A stretch of 64,000 nucleotides of DNA, taken from contig JANRKO010000074.1 in NCBI GenBank assembly GCA_033763455.1, positions 1-64,000 of the forward strand, in the 5' to 3' direction. The translations under genes and the position numbers were made by a program. Below are positions 27,673 to 37,618 of this stretch, piece by piece. This stretch comes from Polyangiaceae bacterium. Its GTDB lineage: Bacteria; Myxococcota_A; Polyangia; Polyangiales; Polyangiaceae. The notes beneath the pieces are model-generated. The model was not told where the DNA came from and made no database searches. It worked only from the letters and a program-made list of their open reading frames with translations. The stretch's first letter is position 1; each line of letters opens with the position of its first letter.

Positions 27673-28437
27673 GTGGGTGATATAAGGGCTGGGTGGGTGT
27701 TCTGGATTCTACCACTCGCGATGGGGTGCGGAGACGATGGCACTGGCCGCCTAGATGTAGCTTCCGTGGTGGCCCCGCTCTATGCGGGGGTTGAAGTTCG
27801 TTACAAAGCCGTTGCCGAAGGTAAGTCGTGCGATGGTCACTCGGAGGGGGAAGTGAGGGGTGCGGCTTCGCGGGGGAATGGCGGTTACGCATTTTACGAT
27901 CTCGCGTTTGCGTCCGAATCCTTCCAGCTTCCGGCTGGGTCGTACGGAATTTGTGCCACCGTGTTCGATGCCAACGGGCAGCTGGAGGCACGTTGCCCAA
28001 CCACCGCGATCAAGGTGAATGTGGTCGCGAACTCGGCCTCTACCGCCTACCTCGGCATTGTGTGCGATCCGGTGATCGATGAGCGAAGTGGTCATGCTTA
28101 CACGGTGACGCCGCTTGCGAATTCTTTCTTGGAAGCGAAGGATGCAGCCGAACAAATGGGAGGGCATCTTGTCTATATCGATGATATCGATGAGAACTTG
28201 ATGCTTAATCAATACTTCGGACGGCGAAAATGGATAGGGCTCTGGGATGGGGATGGGGATCGAACCTTCGAGTGGCTGGACGGCAAGCAGCGCGAATTTT
28301 CCAACTTTTGCATCGGTGAGCCGAGTCCAAACGCCGGCGAATACTACGCGGAGTGGGGGTTTGGCGGCGCCGACACGAACTATTGTTGGAACAACGAGGT
28401 TGTCGGTGTGGTCCAGGGCATTGTGGAGTTTGAATGA
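27673..28437 (+). CDS. Lipoprotein with C-terminal C-type lectin-like domain
   Basis: Lipobox LAMGC, then SFLEAKDAAEQMGGHLVYIDDIDEN, WIGL, FEWLDG, GEPS and CWNN. GTG start with an AGAGGTG RBS. Confidence 0.8.
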   Translation: MGDIRAGWVFWILPLAMGCGDDGTGRLDVASVVAPLYAGVEVRYKAVAEGKSCDGHSEGEVRGAASRGNGGYAFYDLAFASESFQLPAGSYGICATVFDANGQLEARCPTTAIKVNVVANSASTAYLGIVCDPVIDERSGHAYTVTPLANSFLEAKDAAEQMGGHLVYIDDIDENLMLNQYFGRRKWIGLWDGDGDRTFEWLDGKQREFSNFCIGEPSPNAGEYYAEWGFGGADTNYCWNNEVVGVVQGIVEFE

Positions 28438-28438
28438 T

Positions 28439-29608
28439 ATGAAGGCATTGGCTACCAAGCTTGCTTTGCTTCTCCCGATCACTTGGTTGCTTGGTTGTAG
28501 CGGTGAGGCGACGCACGTCGAACAGTTCGCTCTGGCCCGCCAGCACAGCTGCGCCCTCTTGGACAGTGGCACTGTGAAATGTTGGGGGTTTCGTGGCGCA
28601 GGAGCCCTAGCTGACGGAAACCCTGTGGGTGCTGGCGCCCCAGATTTTCAGCTGAGCGCCGTGAGTGTGCAAGGGTTGGGCGCAGGGGCCACTCAGATCG
28701 CCGTGGGTGAAACTTGGAGTTGTGCACTCCTTAAGACGGGCGCGGTCCAGTGTTGGGGCGCGCCCGTGGGAGTCCCTCCGGGCAGTGTCCTTGACTCGGG
28801 ATTCACTCCGCCCGCCACCGTGCCCGGACTGGAATCAAGCGTCAAAGCAATCTCCGCAAATGGGGACACAGCGTGTGTCTTGAGGGAGGACGGTAGCGTC
28901 TGGTGTTGGGGAGCCAATAGCGCCGGTCAACTCGGTGCCCCGATCCAACCTGCGGCGCTCCCGGTGCCCGTCACACTTCCGTTGCCCGCGCGGCTGATCG
29001 GTGTGGGCCCGCAGCAAGTTTGCGCCGCCCTCGTCGACAACAGCATTTGGTGTTGGGGCGCGTCCAGTGTCGATTTCTTCTACACGTACACTGCTGAAGC
29101 GATCCAACCGCCAGTTTCGATTGACGCCCTGTACAAGGTTGCGTGGCAAGCTCTTCAGGTCAACAAAGGCTACGCTTGCGCGCTCGCACCCGACGCGACA
29201 CTGTACTGCTGGGGGGAGAGCCCACGCATCAATTCTTCGGATAACCGCCTGCACGGCGCAGTTGCCGTGAACCTTGGTGCGCCCGTAGCGCAAATGAGCC
29301 TCGGCGAAGGTTACGCTTGCGCTATCCTCAAGGGGGGCGGCCCACGCTGCTGGGGCAACGGGCGCGCTTTGGGTTTGGGAAGCACTACTGTGCACGATTG
29401 CGCGAAGTCCTACGATGCCTGCCATCCCGGGACGCTGGTAACACCCGCGGGCGTGGCTGACGCAAGACGGATTGGCGCTGGGTTTTACGTTACTTGCGCC
29501 GAACGGACCGACGGCGAAGTCCTTTGCTGGGGTGAGAACTTGCTTGGCACGGAAGGCACCGGGACTCGCTGGGACAGTTATCAACCAACTCCAGTGCTTG
29601 GCCTTTGA
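28439..29608 (+). CDS. RCC1-repeat beta-propeller lipoprotein
   Basis: Lipobox LLGC and repeated HSCALLDSGTVKCWG, ACVLREDGSVWCWGANSAGQLG. Start moved to ATG 28439, 1 bp after the lectin stop. Confidence 0.88.
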   Translation: MKALATKLALLLPITWLLGCSGEATHVEQFALARQHSCALLDSGTVKCWGFRGAGALADGNPVGAGAPDFQLSAVSVQGLGAGATQIAVGETWSCALLKTGAVQCWGAPVGVPPGSVLDSGFTPPATVPGLESSVKAISANGDTACVLREDGSVWCWGANSAGQLGAPIQPAALPVPVTLPLPARLIGVGPQQVCAALVDNSIWCWGASSVDFFYTYTAEAIQPPVSIDALYKVAWQALQVNKGYACALAPDATLYCWGESPRINSSDNRLHGAVAVNLGAPVAQMSLGEGYACAILKGGGPRCWGNGRALGLGSTTVHDCAKSYDACHPGTLVTPAGVADARRIGAGFYVTCAERTDGEVLCWGENLLGTEGTGTRWDSYQPTPVLGL

Positions 29609-29609
29609 G

Positions 29610-31673
29610 CTAGAGCGGCCAAACGCGCGCCGGCTCCGAACGCCAGGGGTCTTGCACGCCGATTTGTCCGTCTGAGTCGCTGCCCCAGCAGTACAGCTGC
29701 TTGGCTTGGTTGATTGCGCAGGTATGTTGTCCGCCCACCGCCACTTGCTTCCAATCTGTGGCAGTTCCAACTTGTAGGGGCAGGCCGCCTCCCCTGTTCG
29801 GCTCGCTTCCTAGTTGGCCGTTCCCGTTTGGGCCCCAGCAAAAAAGAGCCCCATCTGCCCGAATCGCGCAGGTGTGTTGGCCAACGCTGACTTGGGACCA
29901 AGCTTCGCCACCTACCGACACCGGCAACGCTTCGTGGACGAAGCTACCATTCCCCACTGCACCAAAGTAACCCTCTCCCCAGCACCACAGGCTCTGGTCA
30001 GCAGCAATCGCGCATGAGGAACGTGCGCCAGCCGCGACATCGACGTAATCTCGTTCAGGAGTCACCGCCTGTGGTTCGGATTGGGACACCGGCGGCAACA
30101 AGCCCAGATAGCCTCCACCGCCCCAACAGTACAGCTTATGGGCCTCCGTGATACCGCAAGCGTGGTACTGACCAACAGAAACGGACTGCCAGACATCGCT
30201 GCCTAGACGTTGAGGTTCCGCGTGCGCAAGTGCGCGTGATTCATCACAATAGAGTGCACCGCCGTCAGCGATCCCACAGGTGGCGAAATCGCCAACTGAT
30301 AGCTGGCGAAACGGCGGCCCAAGCAAACTCGTGAAGTAGCCCGCCGCTTCCCGACAGCCCACCGCGCCTTGGTCGAGCGTGCAAGTATGGTAGGAGTTCC
30401 ACGCGATCTGTTCCCCTGGGATCTGAACCCTAGTCGGCGAACCAGCGAGTGTGGTCAAAACCGGTGGGGACGGTTGGCTTCCCCAGCAGAGGATTTGCCC
30501 CTTCTGAGTCCCACAGCTGACGGTGTCACCCAGCGACACCGCATCCCAATTGGCGCCAACCAGTTGTGGGCCCGTTTTTGTGCGCGCCCGACCGACACCC
30601 AATTGCGCCAGGTTATCGCTTCCCCAGCACCAGACTTCGCCCGCTTGGTTGAGGGCGCAAGAATGCGCTCTGCCCGTGGCCACCGCGAGCCAGTCTGTTC
30701 CCGCACCCACCTGCACCAATTCCGTTGCAGGTTCGTTAGGCCCTCCGTTGCCAAGTTGACCGAAATCATCCTCCCCCGAACACCAGAGTGAACCGTCCAG
30801 GGCGACTCGGCAGAAGTGCGCCCCGGAAATCAGTGCTTCGGACTTCCACTCCTTAGGGGTGCGAACAAATCCCTGCCCCCTCACCCAACACCAGAGTGAA
30901 CCATCGGCTTTCCTCGCGCACGGATCAGACCCTTCGAGGCTAAGCGCGACCCAACCTGTCTCCGAACTTACGTTGAGGCCATTGATGGAGGAGTCCCAAC
31001 ACCAGATGTGCCCCGACTCCTCCAGCGCGCACGGCATACCGTCGGAAGCCGACGAGAGAACGACCTGACGGAAGGTGCGCTTGGGTTCCTGTAAGATGGG
31101 CGTTGTTGCGTCCCCGCCCTTTTCCGTAATGGTTCCATGAGGGTCGTTTCCCCAACAGTACAACTTGCCCAAAGCGTCGATGGCGCAGGTGTCTTCATCT
31201 GCCGCCGCCACATCCCGCCACCCGCCGCGCGCTACGAAAGTTGGGGTTGCATGGGAAAGCCTCGTGCCGTCGCCGAGCTGACCGTACCCATTTCTTCCCC
31301 AACAAAACAGGGCCCCCAATCGAATGCCGCACGTGTGGTGCGCGCCCGCACTCACGCGCTCCCAGCCAGCTTCGCCCAGTACGCGCGCTGGCCGTTCCAC
31401 CACCGCTGAGGTGAACCCCGCACCGACTTGACCATCGCCGTTGCTGCCCCAGCACCACAGACTACCGTCTTGCCGAATGCCGCACGTGTGGTCGCCAGAA
31501 CTAGAGATGGCAGTGTAGCCTCCGGCGCGGCCGGAGTCCGCCTCTTCATACGGGAATGGGTCAGCGTGGAAATTCGTCTGCAGCCGAACCTGTGGTGGCA
31601 AGGAGTCGCTTTCTCCGCCACAGGCTCCCAGCAACAGTGTTACCCCAAGGATCCAACCGAGTCTCGTGTGCAT
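29610..31673 (-). CDS. RCC1-repeat beta-propeller lipoprotein (double propeller length)
   Basis: Lipobox LLGAC and many HTCGI...LWCWGxNxxGQLG repeats. Confidence 0.9.
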   Translation of the reverse strand: MHTRLGWILGVTLLLGACGGESDSLPPQVRLQTNFHADPFPYEEADSGRAGGYTAISSSGDHTCGIRQDGSLWCWGSNGDGQVGAGFTSAVVERPARVLGEAGWERVSAGAHHTCGIRLGALFCWGRNGYGQLGDGTRLSHATPTFVARGGWRDVAAADEDTCAIDALGKLYCWGNDPHGTITEKGGDATTPILQEPKRTFRQVVLSSASDGMPCALEESGHIWCWDSSINGLNVSSETGWVALSLEGSDPCARKADGSLWCWVRGQGFVRTPKEWKSEALISGAHFCRVALDGSLWCSGEDDFGQLGNGGPNEPATELVQVGAGTDWLAVATGRAHSCALNQAGEVWCWGSDNLAQLGVGRARTKTGPQLVGANWDAVSLGDTVSCGTQKGQILCWGSQPSPPVLTTLAGSPTRVQIPGEQIAWNSYHTCTLDQGAVGCREAAGYFTSLLGPPFRQLSVGDFATCGIADGGALYCDESRALAHAEPQRLGSDVWQSVSVGQYHACGITEAHKLYCWGGGGYLGLLPPVSQSEPQAVTPERDYVDVAAGARSSCAIAADQSLWCWGEGYFGAVGNGSFVHEALPVSVGGEAWSQVSVGQHTCAIRADGALFCWGPNGNGQLGSEPNRGGGLPLQVGTATDWKQVAVGGQHTCAINQAKQLYCWGSDSDGQIGVQDPWRSEPARVWPL

Positions 31674-32141
31674 GTTTCCCTCCAACAGCTTGTAGGCTGC
31701 TCACACATGCCCAGCCTCTCGGGAAGTGTCAACGGGCGCCTCAGCTGCGGCGCCAAACAGCTTGAATTCAGAGTTGGTGGAGCCTCACGAACGAAACATG
31801 GCCGCACAATACACCGGCGACCCAGGGGAACAGCTAACAGAAAAGGCTCCGCTCTCCGCTCGCTCATCGATACGAGGTCGTGTGTTGCACAACACAAGCC
31901 GCCGGTGGGATGGTGCTTTAAGCTCGCCGCCGAGACGGGGTGAAATTGTCGACCTCGCCCCCAAAAACCAGCTAAAGCAATGGTTCGAACGAGCTTTCGG
32001 TGGCGAACAGAATGTTACCTGGCCCGGAAAGATCCGAGGCTCATTTTACGCGAGGAAGATCGCATCTTGCTCTAGAAACCGGCCAAAGCTCGAATCGAGA
32101 AGGCGCCCCAAACGTAGCTGAAGTGCAATCTGCGAATACCG

Positions 32142-32660
32142 TTAAGCCGCGTTCTTACCGCAGCACTTCTTGTATTTCTTGCCGCTCCCGCAGGGGCAGG
32201 GGTCGTTGCGGCCGATGCGGGGGCCTTCGTGCACCACGGGCGGCCCTGCTATCTCTTGACCATCTACGAACACCCAGCGGCCGTTGGCTTTGCGAAAGGT
32301 GGCGCGCTCACGGTGATTGATGACGGTGCTCTTGATCTTGTAGCGCGCGAGAAATTCAACGACGCCGGTGTCGTCTTCGGCGGTGCCTTTCTCCGTCTTG
32401 AGAATTTCTAGGCCGAGCCACTCGGATTGCTTGGACCAAGCTTCGGTGCTCTTGCGATCCATTTCGTCTTTGGAATCAGGATCGTAGGTGCTCGCGATGT
32501 AGTCGATCTCGCCTTTGCTATAAGCCGTGTAGCGCGAGCGCATGAGAGCTTCCGCCGTCGGCGGCTTAGCGGTGCCAGCAATAAAAGGGCCGCAACACTC
32601 TTCGAAGGAAAGTCCAGTTCCGCAGGGGCAAGTCACGTTGATTTCAGGCTCCAGTAGCAA
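32142..32660 (-). CDS. YchJ family protein with SEC-C motifs
   Basis: [34 protein letters not shown] and [18 protein letters not shown]. Confidence 0.92.
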   Translation of the reverse strand: MLLEPEINVTCPCGTGLSFEECCGPFIAGTAKPPTAEALMRSRYTAYSKGEIDYIASTYDPDSKDEMDRKSTEAWSKQSEWLGLEILKTEKGTAEDDTGVVEFLARYKIKSTVINHRERATFRKANGRWVFVDGQEIAGPPVVHEGPRIGRNDPCPCGSGKKYKKCCGKNAA

Positions 32661-34119
32661 GGCTTCGTGAGAGGGGCTCTAAGGCCGCCAAAAGTTTTCC
32701 GTGGATGCCACCGAACGCCCCATTAGACAAGACCGCGAGCGAATCACCAGGCTTTGCTAGCTCCACCGCTCGGCGTAAGACACGCTCTTGGTCAGCGCAG
32801 GCTTCGGCGTGAATTCCCCGCTCTTGAAGGGCATTTTGGAGAACTTCCAGATCCAAAGCTTCCTCTTTGGGTAGTCCTTTTCGTCCGAGCGGCGCGAGCA
32901 ACACGTAGTTGGCAGCGTCGAAGCTTTCGGCGTAGGCGGCTTGGTGCAGGTTTCTGCAGGCCGTGGCACTGCGTGGCTCGAACAGCACGATTAGGCGCCC
33001 GGTTGGATTCTGTGCTTTGAGTGACTGCAAGGTCTCGCGCACTGCCGTCGGATGATGAGCGAAGTCGTCGTATAGGCGCACCCCACCCACCTCTCCAAAC
33101 AATTCTTGCCGACGCCTCACGCCCTGGAAGGTAGCAAGAGCGCGTGCTGCAGCTACAACATCACACCCAAAACCTTGAGTGGTCGCGGCGATGGCGGCCA
33201 GCGAATTCTTAAGGTTGTGGACACCTGCGAGCGTTACAGCGAAGCGGCCTGCGGGCACTCCACCAGCGAACAGATCAAAGCTCATACCAGAAGCGTCGGT
33301 GGCCACCGGAGCGGCCACCCACGGCGCCACAGCTCCGTAGGTGGGCGCTCCTTCAAGCGAATAGAAGCTCACTTCCGCACGCGCGTTTGCCTGAACCACT
33401 TCCACCACCTTTGGGTCATTGGCGTTGGCTACAATTAGCCCTTTTTCTGGGATTTGCGCCACAAATTGTGCGAAGGCTGCGACGTACGCGGCTTCGGTGG
33501 GATAGATGTCGATGTGGTCGTGTTCGATCGAAGTAATGACGGCCACTTCGGCTTGGTAATGGAGGAATTTCGCGGTCTTCTCGAAGAAGGCGGTGTCGTA
33601 TTCGTCGCCTTCCAGCACCATGGGCGTCTTGCGGCGGGGCCAGCGGATGAGGCTTTTCCTTGTGGGTTTTACGGCACGGAATCCGCGTCCAAAGTTCCCC
33701 GGAACGCCACCGATAAGAAAGCCCGGCGCCTGCCCACATTGTTCGAGGAGCCAGGCACACAGGCTGCTCGTGGTTGTTTTCCCGTGAGTGCCTGCAACTA
33801 CGAGCGAAGACGTATCCGGCAGGGCAAAACGCTGGAGAGCGCCGGCAATGTGGGTCAGCGGCAGCGCTTGAGCCTGAGCTGCAAGAACCTCGGGATTGTC
33901 TTTGCGACAAACGTTACCCACAACGACGAGATCTGGAGCTGGGGTGAGGTGGCTTGCCTCGTACCCGCGTAGGCACTTTACGCCCCAAGCTTCAAGTTCC
34001 GGGCCAATAGGTGGGTCAAACGCGACGTCGCTACCCGTTACTTCATGGCCCAATTCGACCAAGAGCCCCGCCAAGGAGCCCATGCCGGTACCCGAAACAC
34101 CCACGATGTGAATGCGCAT
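32644..34119 (-). CDS. mpl: UDP-N-acetylmuramate:L-alanyl-gamma-D-glutamyl-meso-diaminopimelate ligase (MurC/Mpl family)
   Basis: [41 protein letters not shown] and FEPRS. Confidence 0.88.
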   Translation of the reverse strand: MRIHIVGVSGTGMGSLAGLLVELGHEVTGSDVAFDPPIGPELEAWGVKCLRGYEASHLTPAPDLVVVGNVCRKDNPEVLAAQAQALPLTHIAGALQRFALPDTSSLVVAGTHGKTTTSSLCAWLLEQCGQAPGFLIGGVPGNFGRGFRAVKPTRKSLIRWPRRKTPMVLEGDEYDTAFFEKTAKFLHYQAEVAVITSIEHDHIDIYPTEAAYVAAFAQFVAQIPEKGLIVANANDPKVVEVVQANARAEVSFYSLEGAPTYGAVAPWVAAPVATDASGMSFDLFAGGVPAGRFAVTLAGVHNLKNSLAAIAATTQGFGCDVVAAARALATFQGVRRRQELFGEVGGVRLYDDFAHHPTAVRETLQSLKAQNPTGRLIVLFEPRSATACRNLHQAAYAESFDAANYVLLAPLGRKGLPKEEALDLEVLQNALQERGIHAEACADQERVLRRAVELAKPGDSLAVLSNGAFGGIHGKLLAALEPLSRSLATGA

Positions 34120-34265
34120 GGGGCAAGGCTATTACCAGAGTCTCGGCGCTTTGGGTGCCCCGGCTGGCGCTCATCGAAAGCGGGATCCCGCACCCGCCGC
34201 GAACAGTAGCGTCGCAAGTTGGTCCGCAAGCACCTGGGATGCCTCTTTCTCTCGCGAATGAGGTG

Positions 34266-34281
34266 CTTAGCATGACAAGTA
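34266..34281. promoter_or_regulatory. Degenerate copy of dispersed palindrome (CTTAGCATGACAAGTA)
   Basis: 14/16 identical to CTTAGCATGCTAAGTA. Intergenic, upstream of mpl. Confidence 0.45.
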
Positions 34282-34351
34282 TAGTTTTTCGAGGCAGAAG
34301 GGCCTTCGCTCCAACACTAACCGAGAGCAGCGATCTTCCGCGGAGCTTTGC

Positions 34352-34732
34352 TTACGAGGGCGGAACGCAAGCCTTCTTACCGGGATTGCTTACCGCGAAA
34401 GTGATGCTCGACGAGCAGTTGGATTCCGACTCGATCGGGCGGAATAAGTTGCATTCGGGCTTTTCGCCACAGACCAGGAAACAATAATTTTTGCCGTCGT
34501 CGTGGGCGACACACGCCGAACCCGCGGGGCACGGAACGTTGGGGCCGCAGCCCTGAACCCCGCAGTAGCCGCCTTTGAATGCCAAGCAGGTCTGCCCAAC
34601 TTCGGTGCAATCCTGATTGCTCGTGCAGGCTGCCCCCACGCCGCGACGCTGCGCCTCACTGCCTGGCGGAGGATCCTCGTCGCCGCAGGCAGTTGCGAGC
34701 GCCAGGATGACCCAAAGGGCGCTGAGCCGCAT
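34352..34732 (-). CDS. Small Cys-rich lipoprotein
   Basis: Lipobox LATAC, with 12 further Cys in ~110 aa. Confidence 0.8.
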   Translation of the reverse strand: MRLSALWVILALATACGDEDPPPGSEAQRRGVGAACTSNQDCTEVGQTCLAFKGGYCGVQGCGPNVPCPAGSACVAHDDGKNYCFLVCGEKPECNLFRPIESESNCSSSITFAVSNPGKKACVPPS

Positions 34733-34904
34733 GCTAGACTGCACACGCCAGCCGGACCAAAACACTCTCTGGATTGCCATGATTGCTAAGTGGAGACCGG
34801 GGCCGCGAATTATTAAGAGGACGCCGCCTGTCGCGAGCGCATCTTGGCGAATCCGGGGGCCTCACGCGCGGGACCAGCGTTTCGGCGCTTTGGATCAAGG
34901 GCTT

Positions 34905-36272
34905 TTACGTACGGATCACCACACGCACGCGCTTTTGGCCGACCCCTGCATAGGCCGCGTACCAGCCCGAGGGAAGCTCCGGATCCGCCCATGCCCAGAG
35001 CCGATGGGCGTCGGCGGGCGAGAGCTGCAAATTGCCGGGGCCAAATTCGATCCCGAATCTGTCGTGCCAGAAGGCAGCATGGATCATCTGCCCCGAGCTT
35101 AACTCAAGCGCCCACGGCACATCGTACACTTCGTAGCCCTCCGCTGCACGGGTGGGATCGAGCTCTACGTGGGTAATGTGTTTGGCAACAATTTCGAAGG
35201 TGCCGCGTGTGGTGGAAGCGGAGCCCTCTTCGTCGAGCCTATCCCTACCGACGCTCACCAGAGTCGCGAAAATCGGCTTCTTTCCCTCGTAGAGCACCAG
35301 GGTACCCATGGTCACGCTCACGTCGATCCATTTTTCGTTGTCCGTTGCGAAATCTGGGAAGGTGTTGCGCCGCCGAATCAAGGTTACGTCCTGGTGGCGA
35401 ACGAAGGCATTGTCTTTCGTTCCCCAATATTGAGAGCCTGAAACGGTGCGGTACTTCCCCGTGAGCTCTACGCGCTGATGGTAGCCTAAGGGGTCGGTTG
35501 TTTGCGGCTTTTCACCTTCGTTGAGCGCCCAGGTGTGCACTCCGCGCTTGACGACAAACGCGAGCGGTAGGCTGGCCTGCTCGCCGAGCTCCACGCCGGA
35601 AAAATCGGGCGCTTTTACGGGAGAAAGGGTGGCCGCATCCACGAAGCTGCCGTTCGGGAGCATGGCTAGGCGCAGTTCGGCGTCGTGTTCATTCTTCGCA
35701 ACCCAGGAGCCCACCACGGCGAAACGGCTGTGCCGTGGGAGCTTGCTGGTGGATTTTACGCGTTTGGGGCGGCCCCGATCGACGCTGTATAGATCGGTGG
35801 CCATGTTCGTTTTCGCATAAGTGTACGGCAACGTTTCTTCGAGCTTCGGAGAAAGCGCCATGGCCTTGAGCGTTGGATGAGCAAGATCGAGCGTTGCTCC
35901 TTGATCCAAACAAACGAAACCTCGCGGGCGAACGGCGTACCAGCCTCCCTTGCACCCGGGCGCATCGATGGGGCGTGTCGAACGCGCCACTCGTGCTCCT
36001 GCGTGGAGATAACCTAGCCGCGACGGTGTGGGGCTTCCGGGGGTTTCTACGATGGGTGTGAGATTAGCGACGGAGGCAAGCTTCGGACCATCTTCGGACG
36101 GAACGGGGACATGAAGAAAGTCAGACGGCTCCACACTTGTGAGCGCCGGCGTTGGATGGTCTTTACGACAAGCAGTGAGCGACAGAACGGCAGCCAATAA
36201 GGCTTTTTGGCCCAGGCGAGCGACGCGGACGAGTTGAGCTGCCACAGTAGACGGTGTGGCACGCGTGGGCAT
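34905..36272 (-). CDS. L,D-transpeptidase (YkuD)-family lipoprotein lacking the catalytic Cys
   Basis: Lipobox LTAC, KWIDVSV...LVLYEGKKPIFATLVSVG, TTRGTF, DVPW and HAAFWHDRFG, followed by GPGN where SHGC is expected. Confidence 0.85.
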   Translation of the reverse strand: MPTRATPSTVAAQLVRVARLGQKALLAAVLSLTACRKDHPTPALTSVEPSDFLHVPVPSEDGPKLASVANLTPIVETPGSPTPSRLGYLHAGARVARSTRPIDAPGCKGGWYAVRPRGFVCLDQGATLDLAHPTLKAMALSPKLEETLPYTYAKTNMATDLYSVDRGRPKRVKSTSKLPRHSRFAVVGSWVAKNEHDAELRLAMLPNGSFVDAATLSPVKAPDFSGVELGEQASLPLAFVVKRGVHTWALNEGEKPQTTDPLGYHQRVELTGKYRTVSGSQYWGTKDNAFVRHQDVTLIRRRNTFPDFATDNEKWIDVSVTMGTLVLYEGKKPIFATLVSVGRDRLDEEGSASTTRGTFEIVAKHITHVELDPTRAAEGYEVYDVPWALELSSGQMIHAAFWHDRFGIEFGPGNLQLSPADAHRLWAWADPELPSGWYAAYAGVGQKRVRVVIRT

Positions 36273-36392
36273 TTTTGGCCCAATTTGTGACTTTCAGGGG
36301 GCCGCTGTGAGCTCGTATTCGACCAACTTTTGTGTAGCCGTTGCTCTTTTGGGTGTGGTGGGGCAAGTAGGACTTAGCAGGAGCAAAGACGG

Positions 36393-36716
36393 ATGAAGGT
36401 CCGCCCGGTGGTATTCGGAAAAGAAATTCGCAGAATTCGCCTCGCTTCTGGGCTCACCCTCGAGCAGCTCTCCGAGCGTGCCGGGCTCACGCCGAATTAC
36501 ATCGGGAGTGTCGAAAATGGTCGGCGTGACCCTTCGTTAAGTACCGTGCTGGCTTTGGCCGCAGGACTTGAGCGGGAACCGGGCGAGCTCTTTGGGTCTG
36601 CGCTGCCTGGTGGCCCAACGGCTGTGGAAGCCGCTCACCTGCTTGAATCCTTACCGCTGGAGGTGCAGGTCGCGGTGGTGGAGCTGCTTCGCGAGCTGGT
36701 GAAGAAACGCCGGTAG
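36393..36716 (+). CDS. XRE-family helix-turn-helix regulator
   Basis: IRRIRLASGLTLEQLSERAGLTPNYIGSVENGRRDPSL. Confidence 0.9.
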   Translation: MKVRPVVFGKEIRRIRLASGLTLEQLSERAGLTPNYIGSVENGRRDPSLSTVLALAAGLEREPGELFGSALPGGPTAVEAAHLLESLPLEVQVAVVELLRELVKKRR

Positions 36717-36739
36717 CTTGGGGCCGATGCCCACGTAAG

Positions 36740-37618
36740 CTAACGCAAAACCCCAGAAACCACGCGATCGCGCCCGCCGTAATCTTTGTTCACGCGAACG
36801 TTCGTGAACTTTGCGGCTTCGAAAAGGTCGGAAACCTGGGGTGCTTGGTTCCAGGCAATCTCCACAGCCAAGGTCCCTCCGGCATTCAAGTGTGCCGGAG
36901 CCTCGTGTATCAGGCGTTCCAAGATCTCGGTGCCATTGCCTCCGCCTTTAAGTGCCAAGTGGGGCTCGTAATTCACGATATCTGGCGCGAGCTCTTTCAC
37001 CTCCTCCACTGGGATGTAGGGCGGATTGCTCACGATCAAATCGAACTTTGCGTTGTTATCTAGAGCCTGAAAGAGATCTCCCAAAAGCCAGCCAACATTG
37101 AAGCTTACGCCCAAGCGTTCGGCGTTTTTTCGTGCTACGGCCAGGGCATCGCCTGACACATCCGTGCCCAGCACGCGCCAGGTTGGGCGCGCTTTGGCCA
37201 GGCTAATGGCCACGCAACCGCTTCCCGTACACAGATCGAGCGCGCGGCCGTACATATACGCCTCCCGCGTGCGAGCGAGTGCCACTTCCACCAGCGTTTC
37301 GGTGTCGGGCCGTGGAATGAGCACGCGGCGATCGACACGGAACATGTGCCCGTAAAATTCGCGTTCGCCCAAAATGTAAGCGATGGGCTCGTGTTGGCGA
37401 CGGCGGCGGATAAGCTCACGAAAGCTAGAGAGCTCGTGCGCTGTGAGCTCGCGGTGAGCTTCCAAAATGAGCTTCAAGCGGTCGAACGAGAGCACGCGCC
37501 CGAGCAAGAGCTCGGCGTCCAAACGTGCGCTTTCTAGCCCGCGTTTGGCGAAATCATCCGAAGCCCAGCGCAATACCCGCTGGATCGTCCAGGCTTCTGT
37601 TGCCTCCGTTTCACTCAC
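36740..37618 (-). CDS. prmC: Release factor glutamine methyltransferase
   Basis: EPIAYILG, VLIPRPDTE, LDLCTGSG and SNPPY. Confidence 0.95.
   Translation of the reverse strand: MSETEATEAWTIQRVLRWASDDFAKRGLESARLDAELLLGRVLSFDRLKLILEAHRELTAHELSSFRELIRRRRQHEPIAYILGEREFYGHMFRVDRRVLIPRPDTETLVEVALARTREAYMYGRALDLCTGSGCVAISLAKARPTWRVLGTDVSGDALAVARKNAERLGVSFNVGWLLGDLFQALDNNAKFDLIVSNPPYIPVEEVKELAPDIVNYEPHLALKGGGNGTEILERLIHEAPAHLNAGGTLAVEIAWNQAPQVSDLFEAAKFTNVRVNKDYGGRDRVVSGVLR

Noticed and set aside
31726..32121. 131 aa ORF in the gap between the RCC1 and ychJ genes
   Set aside because: No recognisable motif or clear RBS, so it cannot be supported from sequence alone.
34784..36379. Half-sites TGCTAAGT (34784) and ACTTAGCA (36372, upstream of the XRE gene) as extra palindrome copies
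   Set aside because: 8-mer matches are expected by chance at about this frequency. This is not enough to link the XRE protein to the motif.
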